From the NCBI RefSeq assembly GCF_018350175.1, contig NC_058368.1, positions 101,372,001 through 101,436,000 of the forward strand: 64,000 nucleotides of DNA. The letters are read 5' to 3'. Origin of the DNA: Felis catus. Taxonomy: Eukaryota. The notes beneath the pieces are model-generated. The model did no database searches and was not told where the DNA came from. It worked only from the letters and a program-made list of their open reading frames with translations. A program made the translations under genes and the position numbers. Each line of letters starts with the position of its first letter. The stretch's first letter is position 1. Below are positions 15,050 to 29,469 of the stretch, piece after piece.

Positions 15050-15262
15050 TTTTTTTTTAACGTTTATTCATTTTTGAGAGACAGAGAGACACAGAGCACA
15101 AGAGGGGGAGGGGCAGAGAGAGAGGAAGACACAGAATCCGAAGCAGGCTGCAGGCTCCGAGCTGTCGGCACAGAGTCTGATGCGGCACTCGAACCCACGA
15201 AGTGTGAGATTGTGACCTGAGCTGAAGTCGTACGCTTAACTAACTGAGCCACCCAGGTGACC
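15050..15262 (-). mobile_element. CanSINE
   Basis: Reverse head ...GAGCCACCCAGGTGACC. Confidence 0.9.
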
Positions 15263-15544
15263 TTCTGAAACAACACATTTTAAGAATCGCTCTCTTTGAA
15301 TAGAAGCAGTAGTAAATTATCACCAGCACCTACAATTATCACCACCTCTCATACCACCAATGCCACCAACGCACCCTTGTTGAAATTCGAACTCATGAGG
15401 ACAGAACCTTGCAGGCTTTTTCAGTCCACAGGATTTAACGAATGTTCTAACTTCTCCGGTGATGTTTCTCCCTCTGAAACTCCCAAGTAGAGAAAAGGCA
15501 CTGCTCTTCAGAAAAGAATACTTTGAAACAAAATCATATCACAC

Positions 15545-15722
15545 CTTAACATACAGTTGATTGGAAAACCAGCTTCCAAATCATGGATACTCCTTAAGTC
15601 TATTGAGAAGCAAAAATGATGTGATGTCGCTGGCACCGCAATCTTCTGTCCCGAGGCGGTTTCTGAAGCAGTGGCTGTGGTCACTGGCTGGGCCACCGGA
15701 AGAGGCAAAGAAGAACCCATGG
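15545..15722 (-). CDS. CEP120: CEP120 coding exon 9 ([14 protein letters not shown]...[27 protein letters not shown])
   Basis: Acceptor TTGTAG|, donor AG|GTGTGA; 178 nt; start of C2C. Confidence 0.95.
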
Positions 15723-16756
15723 CTACAATGAACATAAAAATTTAAGAGAAAAAAGTCCCACTCGGTAACACTTTCTCTTCCTTTATTTATCTCACTTAAA
15801 GATGCCATCTCGTTTCCCTCTAAGCAAGAAATGTGATCATTTGGTTTCATAAACCTCTGAAATGAGGCATAGGAACTTCTTAAAGTGACTTGCCCCCAAA
15901 TTAGGTAGGCTTTAATTCCCATTTTTAGAACTGTGTAAAGAAGGCCCCCCACTCCACATCGACTGCACACCAGAAAAGTGCTAACGTACGACAGCAGCCC
16001 GGCAGGCGCCAACTTATTTCCAAGAGGCAGCTAACCTTAACTTCGAGTTCGAGGGGTTGTCTGGCAGACTTACTGCAGGCATCATTACATCGATTCTGAA
16101 GACACAGTTCTGGCTACGGAAGGCACACAGGACATAGTCTGACAAAAAGAGAATTCTCCTCCAGTCCCACTGCAGACCAGAGATGGGTAGCGAGTGGCCC
16201 AAGTCCTACAGCTACTGAGTGACCAAGGGATCACTTGCACCTTAACTTCCGACTCCTGACCGAACACTGTTCTAATTACTTCCGCTACAAGATCTAACTG
16301 CGGGTCCTAGTGCAGTGGGTGGAAGATTGACACAACCAGGTAAAACCATTGTCAGGCTCTCCCTTAACTTTAGCATCAAAAATGGGTATAACAAGTTTAT
16401 TACAACAGGCAGTTAGTAGCTCTTCTCTCTAAAATTCCAATGGATTCAAGATATTCAAGCGTTGCCTAGTGAAAAATATGTTAGCGAGAACTATTTTCTG
16501 TCATTTCTTCTCAGTAAGCTGTGTCTAAAATAAAAGTAATTGAACAATTCTTACCTGTTAGCCAATTCTGTGATGAAGTTACAGACTCAATTTCAATTCA
16601 ATTCAATTCCATTTAAACTGAATTTTTACATCACCACACATTATTGGCTCTTGAAAATCAAACTCACAATATACTGACAAACGGTGAAAACGCTCTTCAT
16701 CGTTAAAATAGATGGCTACAAAACGGACGCTTGGAAGATGTGTGAGAACGTCTTAC

Positions 16757-16973
16757 CCTTTGCGTTTGGTTTCATGTCCCTGTCATACTGCAGGCTCTCC
16801 ACTTCACTTCCGGTTGCATCATCTTGGGTTGGAGGCGACTGGTTTTGAGGTGGAACAGGGGACACGCTTGGTGACTTTGGCCCAGCAAGCGTCTTCTCTT
16901 TTACAGGAGTTAAAACTTGCTTCTTTGATTGCTGTGGCTCATGTTCATTCTGGGTCTTTAATTCAATTAAAGA
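16757..16973 (-). CDS. CEP120: CEP120 coding exon 8 ([27 protein letters not shown]...[12 protein letters not shown]), linker
   Basis: Acceptor TTTTAG|, donor AGG|GTAAGA; 217 nt. Confidence 0.96.
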
Positions 16974-17390
16974 CTAAAAATAATTGTTTAATAAAGTATG
17001 ATTCGCAAAGCACTTTCCTTCAAGCAAAAAAAAGTCACTTTTTTTTTTTTTTTTTTTTTTTTAGTAATAGCTTCCCTTCCCACTTTAGATATTCCTAGTC
17101 TATTTTCCTTCATTATTTGCAAATTTTCGTATAGCATCTAGAACCGGAAAAAGGAAGATGGACAGGAAGGAAACAGGATATCCAGAGCTGAGTACCAAAA
17201 TATATCCTAACTGGTAAGAAGGGATATTTGGTGTAAGAAGTCAGGGACGGGGTCCCTGGGAAAGGTTATTGTTACCAAGGCAATAAATACAATGGAGGCC
17301 TATGTTAAAACAAAACCAAAATAAAAACAGATCTAGCATGATTTTCTTCTTTTGTTCCACTTCCTTCTAAAAATATATGCATATACGTAC

Positions 17391-17394
<4 letters not shown>

Positions 17395-17432
<38 letters not shown>
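17395..17432. repeat. (AT)19 microsatellite
   Basis: Direct read. Confidence 0.96.
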
Positions 17433-17436
<4 letters not shown>

Positions 17437-17894
17437 ACTCTCACATCAGTTTTTCTGTCATTTGTAATCTACATAAAGATCAGTTCTTCAGAAGAACAGT
17501 ACACGGAGGCTGATTCTGGGACTATATACAATCAAAAAACATATACATCCAAACAAATACCATCTCTGTTGCCTAAAGAGAGTACGGGGACCAGAAAGCA
17601 CTAATGAACCAAGAACCCTGTCTTTAAGCTAAAGCTGAGTCCACCAAAATGATACCATGAGTGCAGATTCCCAGAAATGAGGTCCATCTCTGCCAGTGAC
17701 TGACCATGACCTGGGGGGTGGGGGGTGGAGGGGAGATTCCTAGCATAGGAGAAAACGGTACGTGAAGGCCGTGTTATCACTTATAAACTACAGCCAGGGC
17801 AGCTACAGTACTTTCCAGAAAAGAAAACCTATAATGGAGGCCACTAATTAAGAATAATAAATACTTGCTTATGCTAGGTCACTCTTGAAGTTCA

Positions 17895-18248
<354 letters not shown>

Positions 18249-18953
18249 CTAAACACATCAACTTTAACCCAAGGTTATAACATGATCCAGAGAAGGGAAG
18301 TATAATGCAGGTTGTCTTCCTGACCTGCAGCAACTGCGTCAAAGAGTCTCATACTTGATTGTTCAAACTGTTGACAAGGCATAAACTTTCCTAAGAACTC
18401 AATAATAAAGCTATTCTTTTTCATTTTTTCTTCCAGTGTTGTATAATCATACGTTATCACCCTTTTCTCCTTCAGGAATTATGGTTACTTTAATATCTTA
18501 CTGGGTTGTTTTGACATAAGCAAATATATCATGAATACATGAACGAACGTAAATAGAAAACAAATACCTCAAGCAATGTTTCTATTTCGATTTCAAAATT
18601 AATCTCAACAGTTGTAAAAAAAAAAAATACTAAGTAAGTTAGTAGCTCCAGCCCTATTTGGAAAGTAAAGAACTTGAAATAATTCTGTTTTATTTGCCCA
18701 TAAAACATCTTTAGTGTTTCTTTCTCTTTTCTTGCTCTTCAGAGTTCATATATAAAACAGCATTTAACGCTACAAGGTAAAACAGAGTACCTCTCGGGTG
18801 GAGCGTACTGTATATCACTGATAGCTAATCAGAACCTCAACATTACCCCCTTTCGAAACTGCCCATCACCTACATACTATAGTATCAACTTGTTTATCTT
18901 CCTGTACTGGCATTCAGATGCACAATAAGCAGTCACAACACGAAACTATTTTT

Positions 18954-19169
18954 AAATTTTTTTTTTCAACGTTTATTTATTTTTGGGACACAGAAAGACA
19001 GAGCATGAACAGGGGAGGGGCAGAGAGAGAGGGAGACACAGAATCGGAAACAGACTCCAGGCTCTGAGCCATCAGCCCAGAGCCTGACGCAGGGCTCGAA
19101 CTCCCGGACCGCGAGATCGTGACCTGGCTGAAGTCAGACGCTTAACCGACTGCGCCACCCAGGCGCCCC
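18954..19169 (-). mobile_element. Young SINEC_Fc-type SINE
   Basis: TSD AACACGAAACTATTTTT; diagnostic CAGCCAGGTCACGATC variant. Confidence 0.95.
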
Positions 19170-19377
19170 AACACGAAACTATTTTTAGTTCTAATGTCAG
19201 CAATGACTTGTAATTTAGTCTCAATGTTATTAGGTGTGATGGTGTTAATGGGCTGGAGAGAAAGGATTTTTACGACTTAAATGTCTAGGAGAATTAAAGA
19301 AAGAAGTCATTACTTTGGTAAAGACTGGTATTTTAGATGTGGAATAAATCTCAAGATGTTTAGAAAGCTAAAATCCA

Positions 19378-19467
19378 GTCTACGGCCATACCACCCTGAA
19401 CACGCCTGATCTTGTCCGATCTCAGAAGCCAAGCAGGGTCAGGCCTGGTTAGTACTTGGATGGGAGA
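19378..19467 (+). pseudogene. 5S rRNA retropseudogene, nt 1-90, 3'-truncated
   Basis: GTCTACGGCCATACCACCCTGAAC...CTGGTTAGTACTTGGATGGGAGA matches mammalian 5S; most mismatches are CpG decay; TSD AGAAAG(C/G)TAAAATCCA at 19362-19377 and 19465-19480. Confidence 0.95.
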
Positions 19468-19721
19468 AAGGTAAAATCCATATGAAAAGATAAAATACAG
19501 GAAGAAAGCAGTTCATCATTTTATATAGTATTCAGCTACTTAGAATCCTGAGTTTAGCAGAACCACGTCCAAAATATACCTCTATTACAATTTCTTAAAG
19601 GCTCTTCCTACCTCCCACCCAAATTGCAAGCAAAATCTAAAGACTGATCACTTTCAAAAAATGACTACCTAATCCTTTATTACACTACCCCATTTCAGTC
19701 TGATTAAAATCAATTGTAATA

Positions 19722-19952
19722 GGGGCGCCTGGGTGGCTTGGTTGGTTGTGCGTCCAACTTCAGCCCAGGTCATGATTTCAGGGTCCGTGAGTTCGAGCCC
19801 CGCATCGGGCTCTGTGCTGACCGCTCAGAGCCTGGAGCCTGTTTCCGATTCTGCATCTCCCTCTCTCTCTGCCCCTCCCCTGTTCATGCTCTGTCTCTCT
19901 CTGTCTCAAAAATAAATAAACGTTAAAAAAAAAATTTTTTTTTAATTAAAAA
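19722..19952 (+). mobile_element. CanSINE (felid type)
   Basis: TSD AAAATCAATTGTAATA. Confidence 0.94.
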
Positions 19953-20086
19953 AAAATCAATTGTAATAAAACAAAGAACAGTAAATTCACTGAGTAAGCT
20001 TCACTTAAAGAGAGTCCAATAGAACGTTACTTGACAAAATTCCTCGATTCAAGGGCAGGTTTTAGAAAGCTGGGTTATTTCATGCC

Positions 20087-20298
20087 TTTTTTTTTAACGT
20101 TCATTCATTTTTGAGAGACAGACACAGAGCATGAGTGGGGGAGGGGCACAGAGAGAAAAGGAGACACAGGATCAAAATCAGGCTCCAGGCTCTGAGCTGT
20201 GAGCACAGAGCCCAACGTGGGTCTTAAACCCACAAAGCATGAGATTATGACCTGAGCCAAAGTCAGATGCTTAGCCAACTAAGCCATCCAAGCACCCC
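20087..20298 (-). mobile_element. CanSINE
   Basis: Reverse head and poly-T. Confidence 0.9.
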
Positions 20299-20642
20299 TT
20301 TCTTAGCTTGTAATAGCAATTGGGTATATACATTCTGAAATCCAGGGCATGATCTGTGTATGACTACTAAGCCCCCTAATTAATGATGAAATCTTCCCTG
20401 AGCCCACAACTTTAGGCTCTCTATACATTTTCTATTACACAGACTGTCAACTGATACACTTCTTTACCCAGTTATGATGAAAAGAGGTGTATCTCCTAAA
20501 ATTCTCAAGTAATGGCTATACTAGGGACTTCACAAGCCAGGAGAATTCCTAAAAAATGACAAGATATAGGGGAAAGATGACCTTCACTACTCAAATAAGA
20601 GTCTTGGTACCTCTATGAAGCTTTAAAAAATCATCTCAAGTT

Positions 20643-21074
<432 letters not shown>

Positions 21075-22766
21075 CTAAGCATTTAAGGAGGAAAAAAAAG
21101 AGTATTCATTTATAAACCACTACACAGGCTTATGAATGTCTGATGAACTCTAAAATTTACGCTAAAATGTTGATTTTATTTCAAAGTCTTAAAATCACTC
21201 AAAATTTCTTAATCTCTGAAAAGTTACGACCTCATGACTAGTTTAACTTTTCAAGGTTTACCTTAGAAAAGCCCAGAGACTAAAATATTTTTTAGAGATA
21301 TGTTTTGTTTTAAAGTTTACTTTTCATCCAACTGATTCATGAACGAGTACGTGTAAGTTCTTTTAGAAGCAAGCAGTCACATATTTTGAACTGAGTCTTC
21401 TTTACTTCCATATACCTTATTTCATCTTCTTATTCGGCCACTGTCTTCATACATAAGAGGAGGGTTTTAAACAAACTTCAGGCAGGCTATTTAATGTAAC
21501 ACCTTAGTCCACGCCTTTGAGAAAAAAGCTTTCTAGACACGCTGTCAAAATTGGGAAACCTACAAGTTAACAGTTGCAAAAGGATGTTTCCTGTTTCTCA
21601 AAACTGGCAGCTTCATGGCCACCTATGGCGGAAACACAGATTCCTGTCCCATAAAATATAAAATATCCAACAGACCCTAAGTGTTCACTAGGATGTTGTT
21701 AAAAATAACAAGTGTCGTATTCATCGGTAGAGGATGGCTTAAATATATTTTAGTTATCATACAATATGGCTGCTAAATAATGATATACTGACATGGAAGT
21801 TATCTAAGACATACTCTTAGGCCAAGAGAAGTTACAGGACAGTTTGTATGGTTCAAGAAAATAAAAGAATTAACCGCTTAGAATATAGCAGCTCTGTATT
21901 CAGTATATAGCAAATATTCAAAATTACTTATTTTGTGTAAAATAACATAGTAAATACTCAGTAGCGATTTTTCGTTTCGTATAGAGTATATTTTTACATG
22001 TAAATGTTTACTTTAATCCCATACATTCATGAATCTGAGAAAAAATGTATTTGAGTAGATCTTAATCATGTAGATTTATACATAGAGAGGCAGCATTTAT
22101 ACACTGACAGTTGCTAAGAGCAAGTTCTGGATTACACCCCCAATCCTGGTTCCATCAATGGCTTACTGTGAAGCTCTGGGCAAAGTGCTCTATCCCTCTG
22201 TACTTCCATTTCTTTTAGGGTCAATAAAAGGATTACAAGAGAAAAAACATGTTCAAGTGGACACCACCACCACCCAGCAGAGTCAGCTATTATGTGAACA
22301 AGAAAATGTCTGAAGAAAAAAAATACAGTACCTTGTCACCAGTGATTATTTTTGAGTTCAATTACAAGAGACTTTTTTTTTCCCCTTTGGTTTCTTCCAT
22401 AATCACCAAGCAATAAAAATTTTAAGAAGTAAAGATGGTCCTTAGATATTTCATAGCGTACTTCATTTTAAGTAATTCCACTAAGAAAAGATTCTTTTAA
22501 AAATCCTTTATCATCCTTGTTTGTTTTTTTAACCCTCAACTTTCAGTATCTAAGAAAAGGAGGAATGCACGATGATCACCGCCTGGTCGCTGCCCCAAAC
22601 TAACTCCTCCATTCTACCACTTGATAGCAGTGGGTTCTAAGTCACTGATGTGCATCTGAGAAGGTATTTTTCGTTGGGTTTGTTTGTTGCCAAATGCTTT
22701 CTCACACCACCTTTCACTGCCTCAAAGAGAAAAAACTAAATGGCTAATTTATAAAATGCTTGGCTT

Positions 22767-22965
22767 GGGGCACGTGGGGTGGCTCAATCCAATTCTTGAT
22801 TTCTTCTCAGGTCATGATCTCATGGCTTATGGGATTGAGCCTCACATCAGGCTCTGCACTGCCAGCACAGAGCCACTTGGGATTCTCTCTCCCCTCTCTG
22901 CCCCTGCCCTGCTCATGCACTCTCTCAACAAAAATTAACAAAGGTACCAAAAAACAACAACAAAA
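22767..22965 (+). mobile_element. CanSINE
   Basis: Head, CT-rich segment; TSD AAAATGCTTG. Confidence 0.85.
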
Positions 22966-23049
22966 ATGCTTGTCTTTAAAAAATGAAAAAAACAAACAAT
23001 AAATAAATATTCAACAGTATCAAAAGATGAATACACTACTGGACTTAAT

Positions 23050-23655
23050 TTTTTGTGTTTTTTAATTATTGTAAAATACACAACAGAAAATCTAACACTG
23101 TAACCACGAGAACATGCACACCTCAGTAACAGAGTACATTCACAATGTCGTTCATGCACCCACATTTAGGGTCGCCACATCTAGCTCCATGAGGCTGTCA
23201 CCATCCCCAAGACAAATACCGTAACTGTTACGCACTCACTCCCCATTTCCCCCTTCCTGCAGCCTCAGGAAACCACCCATGTGCTTTCTAGCTCTATGGA
23301 TTCACCTATTCTAGATATTTCACATAAATGCCATCACACATTATGTGACCTTGCATGTCTGGCTTCTTTCACTCGGCAGGTTTTCGATGTTCATCCACGA
23401 TGCAGCACATGTCAGTACCCCATCCCTTTAGAGTTGAGTAATATCCCATTATACACACAAACACTTGGTTTATCCACTCATCCACTGATGGACATGTGGG
23501 TTGTTACCACCTTTTAGATACTGTGAATACTGCTATGAACATTCCTGTACACGTTTTTGTTTGAACACCTGTTCTCAATTCTTTTGATACACACCTAGCA
23601 GTGGAACTGCTGGGCTCCATGGTAATTCTGTTTACTGTTTCTGAGGAACCCATTT
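23050..23655 (-). mobile_element. L1MB-like 3' end, antisense
   Basis: TTCACCTATTCTAGATATTTCACATAAATG...TATCCACTCATCCACTGATGGACAT...GTGGAACTGCTGGG, typical reverse L1 3' end. Confidence 0.8.
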
Positions 23656-24069
23656 TGGCTTAATTTTTAGCAGCGAGAGCCAACAGGCAATTATTCTGGT
23701 TTTGAGTTTTTTTTTTAAAAAAACTAAACTGAGTAACTAACCTTCCCTCTAACCAGAATGGCATATTTGGAGCAATCCATAGGCAGGGCTTTATGAAGAG
23801 AAGAAAAATAGAGAAAGTGATACAGAAAGGCAAAAACATGAATTTAGTGCGACAAAATTATACATACTCCCTGAGAAAAATCTTTACCTGACAGTCTCAC
23901 AAGTCATATAAATCTGTGGTCACTAACTCATATTTCACTTGTAAATGCAGACTATGTGGGAACTTTGTACTTCTAAGAAAGCTATTAGTATGGTAAAAAT
24001 TTAAGTCATGAGCCATATTCTCTATTTTTGAAAAGATTAATTTACTTCAGCTGCTATCGACCAACATAA

Positions 24070-24555
24070 CGTCAAGAAAACTGGGCTAGATCCTGAGAAG
24101 GAAAATGAGGTAGCAGCTCATGTTGTGCTAAGCCATTTTGGGGAAGAGGCAATGCTGACGTGGGTCTTGAGTCCTTGCACTTCCTGCTGGGGCACTGACC
24201 ACCCTCACACAGGCCACTTCCCTGTGTTGCTTATACAGCTGGTAACCTAGAAGGATTAGGTCAAGTGTCTTCCTGGGGAGACCAGGCGACTTACAATCAA
24301 AGTGTTCTGTTCCTCAGCTATGATGGAAACCCACTCTGTACAGCAGCAACCTGGGCCCCTCGATGTCACCCCTTGGGACCTAGGGTAACAAAGACTGCAG
24401 GCAACATGCAGATGCTGATGTCTGCTGTGCCGAGAGTAATACAGTCCTTTGTCTCTGACCCAGGAACCTCCTGTCATCCGGCAACGTCCAAGAAATTCTA
24501 ACTGGCTAATTTGTCAGTTTGTAAATAAGGTAAAATCTAATTCCAGACATGATAC
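24070..24555 (+). mobile_element. ERVL-type solo LTR (MER68/MER77-like)
   Basis: TGCTGTGCCGAGAGTAATACAGTCCTTTGTCTCTGACCCAGGA...TAAGGTAAAATCT resembles the 3' part of these LTRs (from recall). Confidence 0.55.
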
Positions 24556-24930
24556 CCAGTAAAGTATGACTGGGACCAAGTGTTCCCAACATTAAACATT
24601 TCTCCAAAAAATAAATATTTCAATATTTAGAAAGAAAAATCCTTTCAGACCAGTCTTTACAATGCCACATGGTACAACGGGAAACAGTGTTTACTGATGG
24701 GCTTTCTTCTAAATGTCCAGAGATTTAATTCATTCTCTTACTACTAACATCATACCAATTTATTCTTAAAGCAGAAATATTTTCTGGTATGAATGGAAAC
24801 ATGTTTCTACATTTTTTTAAAGTAAAAAAAACAGTCCACGTGCACATCTTTTTAATACCCAAAAGGCAAGTTTTTAAAAAGTCAATGTTTTCCGCTCTTT
24901 GTGAATCACTAATCAGAAGGAAAGTCTTAC

Positions 24931-25079
24931 CTGCTCCAGTTGGGTGGCAAATGCTATGGTCACTGACATAATGAAGAAGTCTGTGCAATGCTCGGCTGGT
25001 CCGATCTGATGGTAGCCTCCCTCCTCATTCAGCACTGCCACAATGTCCTTGGGGTTGAGGCCAGACAAGCTGGCAGGTA
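24931..25079 (-). CDS. CEP120: CEP120 coding exon 5 ([50 protein letters not shown])
   Basis: Acceptor GTAAAG|, donor CAG|GTAAGA; 149 nt; codon 199 is GCC (Ala), the residue altered in the human A199P ciliopathy allele. Confidence 0.97.
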
Positions 25080-25832
25080 CTTTACGGGGAAAAAACACAA
25101 TTAAACTATGTCACAGTGTGCCATAAACTACTGTGAAGGTTTTGAAAGCTGGGTACGCTTTGTATCTTGCTTGCAGTTTTCATGGATATAGTATCTCAAT
25201 AAGGTTTCCTTGGATGTCCTGTTTTTAACACCCTCAAAAAAAAAACCTTACTTAAGCACCGTTTTCTTTCTGCACATAAAAGCCTTATTTTGGAATACAG
25301 TAATATTTTTAAAATAAATAAACCACAAAGAAAAGACATTATAGGTTTCCTGAAGGCAGTGAATCTCAACTGGGAACTGAAAAATAAACTCCATGTGGCT
25401 AAGAAGAGAAAGGTGAACATACCCAGGATAAGGGAGTAGAAAAGAGTGTTCTAGGCAGAAGGAACCGCACCGCAGAGACTGGGAAGGAAGAGAAAGCCTG
25501 TGGTTGGAGAAGTGAGGCAGGCGTGGCACTGATCACAGGGTGATGACCAACATGGAAGGCACATGTCACGGGCTGGAGGGCTAAGCAGAGGCTTACTGGA
25601 TGCCACGCTAAACAGTGAGATAGTTTCCTAAGAGGAAACTATGAACCAATTAGGAGAAGAGAAGTGGCAGAATTCACACCTCATATGTATACATACCCTA
25701 TCAGTAAGTAATCCTCTCCGGATTCCAGTTTTCCAGGCTGAGGTGCAAATTGCACCTCTGGCTTGAAAATGAGTCTCTAACAAAACTCTTTAACTAAAAG
25801 ACAGCTCTCACTCTGATGGGGGATGGAGGGAG

Positions 25833-26282
25833 GGGTAATAGGCAGGGTTAATCCTGAGTGTCTGACTCTTCCTTTCAGCTCAGGTCATGATCTTGCAGTT
25901 GTGAAATCAAACCTTGCGATGGGCTCTGCCCCGGAGCCTGCTTGAGATTCTCTCTACCCATGCCTCTGCCCCTCTTCCACTCACACACTCTCTTCTCTTC
26001 TCGCCTTATCTCTCTCTCTCTCTCAAAATAAATAAATACATACATACATAAATAAAACTTTAAAAAAATATAAGAGGGGCACGTGAGTGGCTCAGGGAAT
26101 TGAGGGTATGACTCTTGATTTCAGCTCAGGTCATGATCTCGTGGTTCATGAGTTTGAGCCCCGCAGCGGGCTCTGTGCTGACAGCATGGAGAGACACCTC
26201 AGGATTCTCCGTCTCCCTCTCTCTCTGGCTCTTCCTCACTTGAGCAGGTGTGTGTACACACACACATACACACACACACACA

Positions 26283-26315
<33 letters not shown>

Positions 26316-26340
26316 AAAAATAAATAAATAAATAAAAATA
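25833..26340 (+). mobile_element. Two tandem CanSINEs (about 25833-26070 and 26076-26340)
   Basis: Two heads, each with CT-rich segment and A-rich tail. Confidence 0.88.
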
Positions 26341-26734
26341 GCATCATGGTTTAGAGCAGAGACACTCGAATAACACAGACCAAGGTTCCAATCCTAGTTC
26401 TGCCATTTGCTAGTTGTATGTTGTAACTATATGATCTCTTTTAGCTTCCATTTTTATTTCTGCAAAGCTTTTATGTCGTTTAGAAGATTAAATCAAAGTA
26501 ATGCATTTAGTACAGTATCTGACAATCACTTTAATAACGATAGCCATGAGATATTAAGGTCAGCAGAGCTTAGAAGTCAGCAGAATAACTATGACAGGTC
26601 TCCCATTGTCAGGGAGTTACAGGTATGGAAAGGAAGAACAACTAGGAAAACTCTTATAGAAGACTGGATGGAATGAAGGTGTCAATGTGAATGTATGCTG
26701 TTCACTAAATGTGTAAATAAACAGAGCCAGAAAG

Positions 26735-26850
26735 GTGTATATGTGTGTGTTACTGGGGTGTGTGTGTGTGTGTGTGTATATATATACACACACACATATA
26801 TATATACACATCCATGTTTACGTATATATGTGTATGTATACACACATGCA
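26735..26850. repeat. Compound (TG)/(TA)/(CA) simple repeat
   Basis: Direct read. Confidence 0.9.
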
Positions 26851-26859
26851 CCGATTCCC

Positions 26860-27064
26860 TTTTTCCACTGAACACCCCAATAGCAACTGGCATATCTTGC
26901 ACTTGGAACTTGACTCTTCAACATCTTTCTTTACTAGAAGGAAGCAGGCTCCTTAAAGAAACAGCTGAACCCAGGGCTAAGATAGGCAAAGAACAAGATA
27001 AGCCTGGATCATCTTCTTATGCCAGAAACCAAGAAAAAGCTCAAAGAATTACGGACACAGGCTA
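26860..27064 (+). mobile_element. Old L1M (L1MC/MD-like) 3' region, left part; resumes at 29470-29810
   Basis: Resembles old L1M 3' UTR; continues across the younger L1 insertion at the duplicated target. Confidence 0.55.
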
Positions 27065-29469
27065 TCTGTCAATAATCACTCTGAATGTATATGGACTAAA
27101 TGCTGCTCCAATCAAAAGATAGAGAGTATCAGAATGCATAAACAAACAAAAAAAACCAAGACTCATCTATATGCTGCCTGTAGACACATTTTAGACCTGA
27201 AGACACCTGCAGATTGAAATTGAGGGGATGGAGAACCATTTCTCATGCTAATGGATGTCAAAAGAAAGCCCGGAGTAGCCATACTTCTATCAGACAAACT
27301 AGATTTTAAACCAAAGACTGTAATAAGAGATGAAGGGCATTATATCATAATTAAGGGGGCTATCCCAAGAAGACCTAACAATTGTAAATATTTATGTTCC
27401 TGATATGGAAGCATCCAAATCTATAAATCAGTTCATCACAAGCATAAAGAAACTCATCGATAACAATACAATAATAGTAGGGGATTCTAACACCCACTTA
27501 CAGCAATGGGCGGATCATCTAAGGAGAAAAATCAACAAGAAAACAATGGGTTTGAATGACACACTGGACCGGACAGACTTAAGATATATTCAGAACATTT
27601 TATCCTAAAGTAGCAGGATACACATTCCTGTCGAGTGCACATGGAACATTCTCCAGAATAGATCACGTACTGGGTCACAAATCAGGCCTCCAGAAGTATA
27701 AAAAGACTGAGGTCATACCATGCTTATTTTTATACCACAACACTATGAAACGAAGTCAGCCACAAGAAAAAATTTAGACAGACCACAAATACATGAGGAT
27801 TAAAGGACATCCTACTAAAGAGTGAATGGGTTAACCAGGAAATTAAAGAAGAAATTAATACATAGAAGAAAATGAAAACACAACAACCCAAAACTTTTGA
27901 GATGCGCCAAACGTGGTCCTAAGAGGGAAACATATTGCAGTACAAGCCTACTTAAAAGGCAAGAAAGGTCTCAACTACACAGCCTAACCTTACACCTAAA
28001 GGAGCTAGAAAAAGGACCAGCAAATAAAGCCTAAAGCTAGCAGAGGAATGGAAATAATACAGATTAGAGCAGAAGTAAATGATATAGAAACCATAGAACA
28101 GATCAATGAAACGAGGAGCTGGTTCTCTGAAAGAATTAATAAAAATGATAAGCTCCTAGACAGACTTATCAAAAAGAAAAGAGATAGGACCCAAATAAAT
28201 AAAATCACAAATGAAAGAGATCACAACCAACACCGCAGAAATACCAACTATAAGAGAATATTATGAAAAATTATATGCTAACAAGTTGGGCAACCCGGAA
28301 GAAATGGATAAATCCCTAGAAACATACAAACCACCAACAGTGAAACAGGAAGAAACAGATAACTTAGACCAATAACACGCAAAGAAACTGAATCAGCAAT
28401 CAAAAATCTCCTAAAGAACTCAAGTACAGGGCCAGATGGCTTCCCAGGGGAATTCTCCCAGCCATTTAAAGAAGAGTTAATAGCTATTCTTCTCAAACTG
28501 CTCTGAAAAAATGCAAATGGAAGGAAAGCTGCTAAACTTACTTTGATTCCAAAACCAGACAAAGACCCCACTAAAAAGGAGAATTACAGGCCAATATCCC
28601 TCATGAACATAGATGCAAAAATTCTCAAGATACTAGCAAATCAAATCCAACCAGTACATTAAAAGAATTATTCACCCGTATCAAGTGGAATACGGGCGGC
28701 AAGGGTGGCTAAATATTTGCAAGTCAATCAATGTGATGCACCACATTAACAAAGGAAAAGATAAGGACCATATGATCCTCTCAATAGATGCAGAAAAAGC
28801 ACTTGACAAAATACAGATCTATTCTTGATAAAAACCCTCAACAAAGTAGGGACAGACGGAACATACCTCAACTTAATAAAGACCATCTATGAAAAACCCA
28901 CAGCGAACATCACCCTCATTGGGGAAAAACAGAGCTTTTTCTCTATGGTCAGGAACAAGACCAGGATGTCCACTCTCTTAACATAGTAGTCCAAGTCTTA
29001 CCCCCAGCAATCAGGCAACAAAAAGAATTAAAAGGCCTCCAGGGGTGCCTGGGTGGCTCAGTCAGTTAAGTGTCCAATTCTTGATTTCACTCAGGTCACG
29101 ATCTCATAGTTCACAGATTTGAACCCCACACTGTCAGTGTGGAGCCTGCTTGGGATTCCACCCCCCAACTCACTCTCTCTCAAAATCAGTAAATAAATAA
29201 AAGGCATCCAAATCGGCAAGGAAGAAGTCAAACTTTCACAATTTGCAGACGACATGATACTCTATATAGAAAACCCATAGGACTCCACCAAAAAATTGCT
29301 AGAAGTGATACACCGGTTCAGCTAAGTCGCAGGATCCAAAATCAATGCACAGAAATCTGTTTTTATACACCAAGAGTGAAGGAGCAGAAAGAGAAGTCAA
29401 GGAATCGATCCCATTTACAACTGCACCAAAAACCAGAAGATACCTGGGAATAAATTTAACCAAAGCGGT
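27065..29469 (+). mobile_element. Carnivore L1 ORF2 internal fragment (endonuclease through RT), degenerate, with a nested SINE
   Basis: Endonuclease N-terminus LSIITLNVYGLNA, IIVGDSNT motif, RT FADDMILYIEN at about 29242; many frameshifts and stops. Confidence 0.93.
29042..29197 (+). mobile_element. CanSINE nested in the L1 ORF2 fragment
   Basis: TSD TAAAAGGC(C/A)TCCA. Confidence 0.9.

Noticed and set aside
15710..15722. Exon 9 seems one codon longer than the human sequence I recall
   Set aside because: In-frame, in a variable linker, and dependent on memory of the human protein; likely ordinary divergence
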